A DNA stretch of 57,599 nt, counting the filler, from Sphacelaria rigidula (taxonomy: Eukaryota): the NCBI GenBank assembly GCA_964200075.2. It is 4 parts of 4 records of this genome, joined end to end, with 100 filler letters (N's around TTAATTAATTAA, not from the genome) between each part and the next. Parts side by side here need not be neighbours in the genome. Positions count along the whole stretch, not along the records: positions 43,276 to 57,599 come from CAXNAA020002315.1; 3 more parts are not named here. One strand, written 5' to 3'. This document shows, in pieces, positions 51,395-57,599 of this stretch. The position numbers and the translations under genes were made by a program. The notes under the pieces are model-generated. The model worked only from the letters and a program-made list of their open reading frames with translations. It was not told the DNA's origin and ran no database searches. Position 1 is the stretch's first letter. Each line of letters starts with the position of its first letter.

Positions 51395-51586
51395 GCTATG
51401 GTTCTAGAGAAGCCGGATGACCCGCGAGCTTGGATTGCCGGCTACTGCCAGCAGGCGAACGCGGGGGTCGACGGCAAGCTTAGAGCTCCAGGTGAAGAGG
51501 CGGGAGAAGGGTCAAAATCGACTTTTCATGCGATCAAGGGGAAAGGAGCAGCTGCAAGTCACCACGCTATTATGACTCAGCCTAAG
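51395..51586 (+). CDS. Candidate exon C: AMVLEKPDDPRAWIAGY...AIMTQPK (Dpy-30/RIIa-like motif halves)
   Basis: Acceptor cccgcacAG, 192 nt open in phase 0-0, donor AAG|GTACC. KPDDP..W/F..Y pattern of docking/dimerisation domains. Confidence 0.65.
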
Positions 51587-52042
51587 GTACCATTTTTTTC
51601 CGATTACTAAATTCGTGGTGAAGCCATACGTGCTGGGTCAGCCTGCAAGTATTTTTTTTGGCGCTTGACCAGCTTGGCACGGCCGGCCTGTTTCTAGGGG
51701 TTAGAAGCTGAAATTTTTATACAAGGCTCATGTCATCAAAACGCCAAACGTATTGCCTCAGCCCAAAGAAAAAAAGGAAAGCAACAAAGTAGCGCCATTG
51801 TGAAATTCTGACAAAACTTGATGATGTCACAACTTGACAAGTACATGTAGACAGGTGTGTATGTATAAATGTTTTATTCAGGGCGGTCAGTTTTTGCGTA
51901 CCGACGTGTAGAACGCACGTGTGAATTTCACCTCAAAATTCCCCAAATTGGGCCGTGCATTTACTCCACTTTTTGTATGACACCGTTGCACCCTGTTTGT
52001 GTAGTTGGTATAAGAGATTTCCACAAGGGCGACAGGTCACGA

Positions 52043-52311
52043 GTTCTGTGGAATAAAATGGGATATAACTCTTGCGGCAGTTCACGAATTCGTATGTGGT
52101 TGGGTCACAGAAAGTGGTGGTTTCATGTCTGGAGAGAGAAATGCGGCGTGACTTCGATGGTGATATGGGTGCCTCGTCGAGGGCAGTCCTGAAGAAACGA
52201 AGGGCTGTGTGGTGCGTAATCCAAAGGTTTTACATCCCTGAGGCTAGGGAAACTCACTGGAAAACTCCTGAGAGAACAACAAACCTCCCGCGATTTTACC
52301 CGGGTTTCACA
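52043..52311 (+). mobile_element. 5' LTR (aligned part) of the 52-56.7 kb Gypsy
   Basis: Diverged direct repeat of 56401-56666 (acagaaagtggtggtttcatgt; gagagaaatgcggcgt.acttcgatg). Ends TTTCACA. True start unresolved. Confidence 0.8.
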
Positions 52312-52389
52312 TGAACTAGCTAAGCTGGCGGCCTCAGCGAAGATCGGTGTGAGATTTCCAGTTATACAGCAGTAGACTGTGTACGTATA

Positions 52390-55300
52390 TGTCATCGAAG
52401 TTGGTGCGAGAGTCTACTGCGCTCACGGCGAGAGGAGCTCTGGAAACAACAACAAACGGCATGTCAGGGTGTGGCCGAGGTACAGGCGATCCTGCACATG
52501 AAAAGACGAAAGCCAGCAGCGGGAGTGTGAGTGACATCGTTCTGGATCCTACACAAAACCGCCGGAATATGGCAAGATTTTTTCGAAATTAGCATCACCG
52601 CGTCTTTTTTGTTGCATTGTGAAGAATACGAACGCATCGTGAAACTCTGCAAACGCTGGACTGGTGTTGAAGCGGCAGGCGATGGCTATGACAGAACTGC
52701 TGCCAAAATATCTCGGGAAGTGCCTTGCGTGCAGGTATTTCGCCGGCAGTAGGGGAGTTGTCGGAGAAACAGCTCGGAGAAGGTGTATCACAACATGCCG
52801 AGATTACAGGAGACAACGAACTCGATCCTGTTGTCGCTGCAGCGGGTGTGGCCCGAGCAGCCACCATGAAGCATGGAGTTTCGGCGTCCACGCGAGTCGA
52901 GGCGCTACCCTGAAGAAATCAGGGATCGACGTTTACGGTAGCCTCGCTGCCCATGCGCGCCAGAAAGCTTCCACCTTCGTGAAGAGGGTGGAGAATTCGG
53001 TGGTCGATGAACGCCGGCGTGTTGTCGTGGCGATAGAGGCGCTGCAGCATAATGTGGAAGAAGAACCGGTGGCTCTGCATGATGAGGCTGTTGCTCGTGC
53101 ATTGTCCCGGGACCCCGACATGTCCATGACCCCGGAGGAAGAGGAGGTCCAGCGCGCGGTAGCCTTGGATCACGTGCCTCAGCAGGCCGCGGATAACGGC
53201 ACGTCGCCGGCGGCTGCGACGCGCCACACAGATATACATGGCCGGCGGTTCGACGCGTTCCGCCGGGCGCTCCGGAGTGACCCTCCTAAGAAGGTTGGGC
53301 CGATGAAGGTGAGTATCAGACAGGGTGCGCATCCTGTCAAGGCGAAGGCGTGTGTGTACTCTCCCACAGAGCAACGTAGCTGTCTGGGTGCATGGCGGCT
53401 CCGGTGGCAATGGGGATGGTCGTTCGAACTCTGCAAGCGGTTCGGGCGATCCCGTCTATGGCGGTGCCCAAGCCGGGTAGAGTGGAAGAGTATCGTCTGG
53501 TTAGCGATCATAGAGTGGCAAATCTTCAATAGGAGAAGGCGAATCTTCAATATGAGAAGGGTTCCAAAGTGATGCCCAGCGAGGAGGCGCAGATGTCGGT
53601 GCTGAAGGGCGCACGTTGTTTCGGCAAGATGGATCTGCTTCAAAGGATACTGGCAGAGGCGGTTGGAGGAAAGCACGCGTGAACTCTTCACCGTCGTCGC
53701 ACCGGAAGGGCTGTTTACGTCCACGTGCGTCCCGCAAGGGGTGCTGAACGTCACGGGATACTTTCGGGCGGCAGTGATGGAAATTGCGCATGGATTGAAC
53801 TCTGTAGTTTGGGTCTACGGCATCGTGTGGTGGGGAGTTGACGGAACGAATTTTCTGAGTGCCATGGAAGAAATTATTCGTCATTTGGGGGCCAAGGGCA
53901 TTTTCGCCGTCGCGCACGAGTGTCTCGCCTTTAACACCAAGATCAATTGGTGCGGCAACGTGTACTCTGGTGGACAAGTGGGCCACGATCCCGAGCGCCT
54001 GCAAAACTTGACGGACATGCGGAGGACTGAGACTGAGGGAGGGTTGATGCAATTTCCGTAAGCGGTCAATTTGTTACGGGCGTCGTCGCCGCGACTGGCG
54101 GAGGTAGTGGGACCTCTCCAACGCTTGCTGGAAGAGTATATGGCGTCGGCGCCGCGTCAGACGAAAAAGATCGTATCTAATCGTGCAATTTAGTGAGAGG
54201 CGTGGACGCCCGGCGTGATTGAGGCGTGAACGACAGCGCGGGATTTGGTGGCGCAAGCGGTGGCGCTGTCGCACGCGAAGGATGGATTTCCTGTAATATT
54301 TTTCCCCCATGCGTCCGATAAACATGGGGAGGCGTCTTGACGCATGTGCCTCAGGACGAGCTTAAGCGCAGAGTTCCCGTGGAGGATTTACCACACGAGT
54401 CGCTCGCGTTCCTCAGCAGTACGTTCAAGTATCTCAGATGAGGTGGGCAATTCTCGACAAAGAAGGTTTCGCCATCCTCAGCACGTGTAAAAGGCTGGGC
54501 TAACTGCTTTGCGGAGGTGTGAGCATATACACCGACCATCGCAACACAATGTGGCGTACATTTTCATTCACGGTTCGTGCGTTTCGTCGTTGCCCAAGAT
54601 CACGGCCCAGCATCTGGAGCAATGGAAAATGGCGCCGGTCCAGTTCGAATACTCAACCATGCATATCTCTGGCGAGAGGAACTGCCGGGGGGACTCGCTT
54701 TCGAGGTGGGTCAATGTTCCGGCAGTGAAGGTTCGGGCTGTGGCGATGTTTGCGCCGACCGAACCTGACGATACTATGCCGTCGAAGGAGGTCGTACGTG
54801 GAGTTCGGCAGAGTGCACGCGGGAAAGCTAGAACTAGAGCGCATGTGGCAGTGATTTTCATGGCGCCGCACGGAATGGCCGTAGAGGACGGGGACGGAGT
54901 TTTCCGCATCGAGGTGAAGGGACGTGGCATCATGTGGATAACTGGCGATGCGGAGGAACTGCAACAACGTCTCGTGGTTTGCGCTCACATACAAGGAATC
55001 GGCCACCGGGGTACCGCGACGACTCTGCAGCGAGTACAAGGGTACTGCTGATGATTTCCCATGGTGATTCAGCTGAAGGAGATTGTCAAATAGCGCCTGC
55101 GTTGTGTAGGTTCAAGACCTGGCGAGACGTTTTCAAGGCTGCTTGGAGAAGCAGTGTATTGTGCACGGCTAGGTGCAGTAATTCACTTTGATTATGTGTA
55201 TGTTCGTCAGAGAGGGCCGTTGAAAGACGAGGGCTTGGGTGAAGGTGATGGACTCGAATACATCTCGGTGATCATGAAGAATCTCAGTAAGTTTGTATGG

Positions 55301-56182
55301 CTAGAGCCAGCTGAATCATGCACGGCCGTTTATAGCAGCCAAGTATTGCTAGCCTGGTGTAAGACTTTAGGTGTTCCGCAGATGTGGGTCAGCCGTACGG
55401 CGTCTCATTTTAAGAATCTCATAATGACTAAAGTTGAGAATGCTCTGAGTGTACAACACAGATTCGCGGTAGCGAATATGCCAACGAGTAGTGGGTCAGT
55501 GGAACGGATGGTGAGAAAAATCGTTCGCACTTTGAAGGCGGTCTTGCAGGAAGAGAGGCGCCACTTGCGTGAGTGGGTTGGTTTCGTCCCGATCGTACAG
55601 TAGACTCTGAGGACTGCTTACCGTCAGCCGCACGCGAGTACGCCATATCATGTCATGCTTCGCCTTACCAAAAACATGATAGGGCGTGCCCGTGTATCGC
55701 TGACGTCAAGCAGTATTCAGAGCCCACTGTACAGCCGGCAGTACAATCAACCCACTCACGCAAGTGGCGCCGCTTTTCCTGCACGCCCGCTTCCAAAGTC
55801 CGAACATTTTTCTGACATCATCCATTCCACTGATCCATCACTCCTTGGCATATTTTCTACCGTAAATTTGTGTTTTACTCTCGGGGCATTTGCGCTAAAG
55901 AATAACCTCCCGAATCGAAGCATGTATTTTTCAGCATGCGTACTGTACCCACACAAGGTAATTTCACCATGCCTGCTGCTGTGTGAATTGGCGAGAGTCC
56001 TATCGGAGATGGCATGCACGTCAAGATAGCATAGGTCGGATTCGATCACGATGGAAGTGCCTGAGAACCGGCGGCAAAAATACGGGAGGGTGCTCCGCCA
56101 TTCGTGGGGCTAGAGTTGCGTAAGATGGACCTGGACCAAGGCGTTAGGGCTAGGTTGCAATCGGAGTATGGAATCCACCTGT
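52390..56182 (+). mobile_element. Degenerate Ty3/Gypsy internal region: partial gag, RT, RNase H, integrase, chromodomain; same lineage as 245-1967
   Basis: RT FGKMDLLQRILAE.., GLFTSTCVPQGVLN, HDPERLQNLTDMRR. RNase H IYTDHRN. Integrase AHIQGIGHRG, VIHFDY, GSVERMV. Chromodomain VKIA*VGFD...*EPAAKI. Protease not seen and many disruptions. Confidence 0.9.
55670..55892 (-). repeat. Inverted, diverged duplicate of integrase segment 55436-55655
   Basis: The minus strand encodes NAPRVKHKFTVENMPRSDGSVEWM versus plus NALSVQHRFAVANMPTSSGSVERM. Both share ggcgccacttgcgtgagtgggttg. Confidence 0.85.
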
Positions 56183-56400
56183 ACCAATCTTGCGGGTTGA
56201 GCAGTGGAATGTTTTCATTGTTCAATGTTCCAGGAATGTTGTCGTTAGTTATCGTTCACAACGTTCACATCCGAATAGGCTGCTATCATTCACAGCGGCG
56301 AACAAAACGTATTAAGTATGACGCAGTGTCAGTGTCATTGAATTTGTTTTTGAGCTCCGTAGAGATCTGCTTCAAGTACGATCATTCGTCGATTTTGAGG

Positions 56401-56666
56401 GTTCCGTGGAATAAAGCAGGACACAAAACTATTGCGGCTGTTTACGAGGTCGTACATGATTGGTTTACAGAAAGTGGTGGTTTCATGTGCAGAGAGAAAT
56501 GCGGCGTAACTTCGATGCATGATATGGATGCCTTGTCGAGGTCAGTCCTGAGTTAATGAAAAGCTGTGTGGTGTGTTAATCCAACGGTCTTACATCTCTG
56601 ACTTTAAAAACTCACAAGAGGGCTCCTCAGAGAAACAAACCTCCTACGATTTACGTTGGTTCCACG
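56401..56666 (+). mobile_element. 3' LTR (aligned part)
   Basis: Direct repeat of 52043-52311. Confidence 0.8.
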
Positions 56667-56702
56667 ATTCAAATCCCGGATTCATGTTTTTTCTTTTTGC
56701 AG

Positions 56703-56777
56703 AATCTGGTTCCGTGGTTGAGGGCATATTTTATGCAGTACATATATATTTTTTTATGGCAGAGTGTGCATCAGCAG
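56703..56777 (+). CDS. Candidate exon D, starting NLVPWLRAYF (C-half of a second docking motif)
   Basis: Strong acceptor tttttctttttgcAG, phase 0, 75 nt to the possible donor CAG|GTTGGT. Confidence 0.5.
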
Positions 56778-57471
56778 GTTGGTCTACACTTCACAGCGGC
56801 ATGCTTGCACCAGCTCAATCCAGAAAACTGATAACGTTATCGTGTGGTGAGAGAAACGTAATCTTTAGGGTTGGCCCAACTCGCACCGTGTATCAGCAAA
56901 ATGAACACCTGCACACACAAGTAAACCAGAGAAGAGTACACCACAGGAGACGGGTTTGCCGTTGATAGGAGCGAGCGAGGGGTTCCGAACGGTCTGCCGG
57001 TGACTTGAGTAGAGTGATTCTACGGTGGAGGTGCACTTTTTACCCCCAAACGTTTTCTGAGGCTGCACACGAAGGCCCATATGTTCGTCATCGACAGGCT
57101 CCTAAAATGAAGAGCCCCAGAAACAAAAATGTGTCCCCCTGCCGTAGAACCACTCGTGAGAGGTTCCGAAACCCTCCCACTTGCACAGATGGGTCTCTTG
57201 TGCCCGACGATAGGTATAGCGGGATCCTGCGATGGGAAGGGCTCAAGAGAATAGAGTCACCTTAAAACCCTGGGAGCGACGCCGCGATAGCCCCCCCCCC
57301 CCACGCCCCCACATACTCCACATCCCCACACATACTAGGAGATAGATGGTGGCCACAGACGGCGTTACAGGACGGGGATAAGATATGTAAAAGGTTTTTT
57401 GTGTCATGTATGGAAGAAACGTAATGAGCGTCGGAATGTTTGAGGTATCTCTATTAGGAGTAGGAACGGCG

Positions 57472-57599
57472 CTCCATCTCGAAAGGGATGCGTGGTCAAT
57501 GGTCAAACGACTAAGGCAAGCAAAAAATGACCACGCCCCCCCCCCCCCACCCTCCGTCTCGAAAGGGATGCGGGGTCAATGGTCGAGCGACTAAGACAA
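57472..57599 (+). repeat. ~80-bp tandem repeat running off the window
   Basis: ctcc(a/g)tctcgaaagggatgcg(t/g)ggtcaatggtc..cgactaag occurs twice. Confidence 0.85.

Noticed and set aside
55600..56075. Targeted G>A hypermutation (several apparent TGG>stop changes)
   Set aside because: Trp-to-stop changes are simply the most visible substitutions. This cannot be tested without a consensus alignment.

Overview
Repeat-dominated eukaryotic nuclear DNA. By inference it looks brown-algal/stramenopile-like (chromodomain Ty3/Gypsy families, TTAGGG motifs, short exons in multi-kb TE-filled introns). It consists of four contigs joined by artificial 100-bp spacers (44 N + TTAATTAATTAA + 44 N), so adjacency across gaps is unreliable. 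It holds three decayed Ty3/Gypsy retrotransposons: 245-2567 (+), ~4063-14326 (-) and ~52043-56666 (+). It also holds a probable LTR+PBS remnant, a tRNA-derived SINE family and many non-autonomous DNA transposons with visible target-site duplications (TTAA, TA, TAA/TTA, AGTG), often nested. No intact autonomous element, rRNA, tRNA or CRISPR array was found. The best leads are: (1) four phase-compatible candidate exons (43989-56777, +) that splice into a peptide with two RIIa/Dpy-30-like docking motifs, each split by a TE-filled intron; (2) a Gypsy integrase with a chromodomain followed by an extra Tudor/SH3-like module; (3) a train of ~97-bp TTAA MITEs with self-nested insertion; (4) a fold-back integrase duplication. 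All alignments were made by eye and boundaries without a TSD are approximate.
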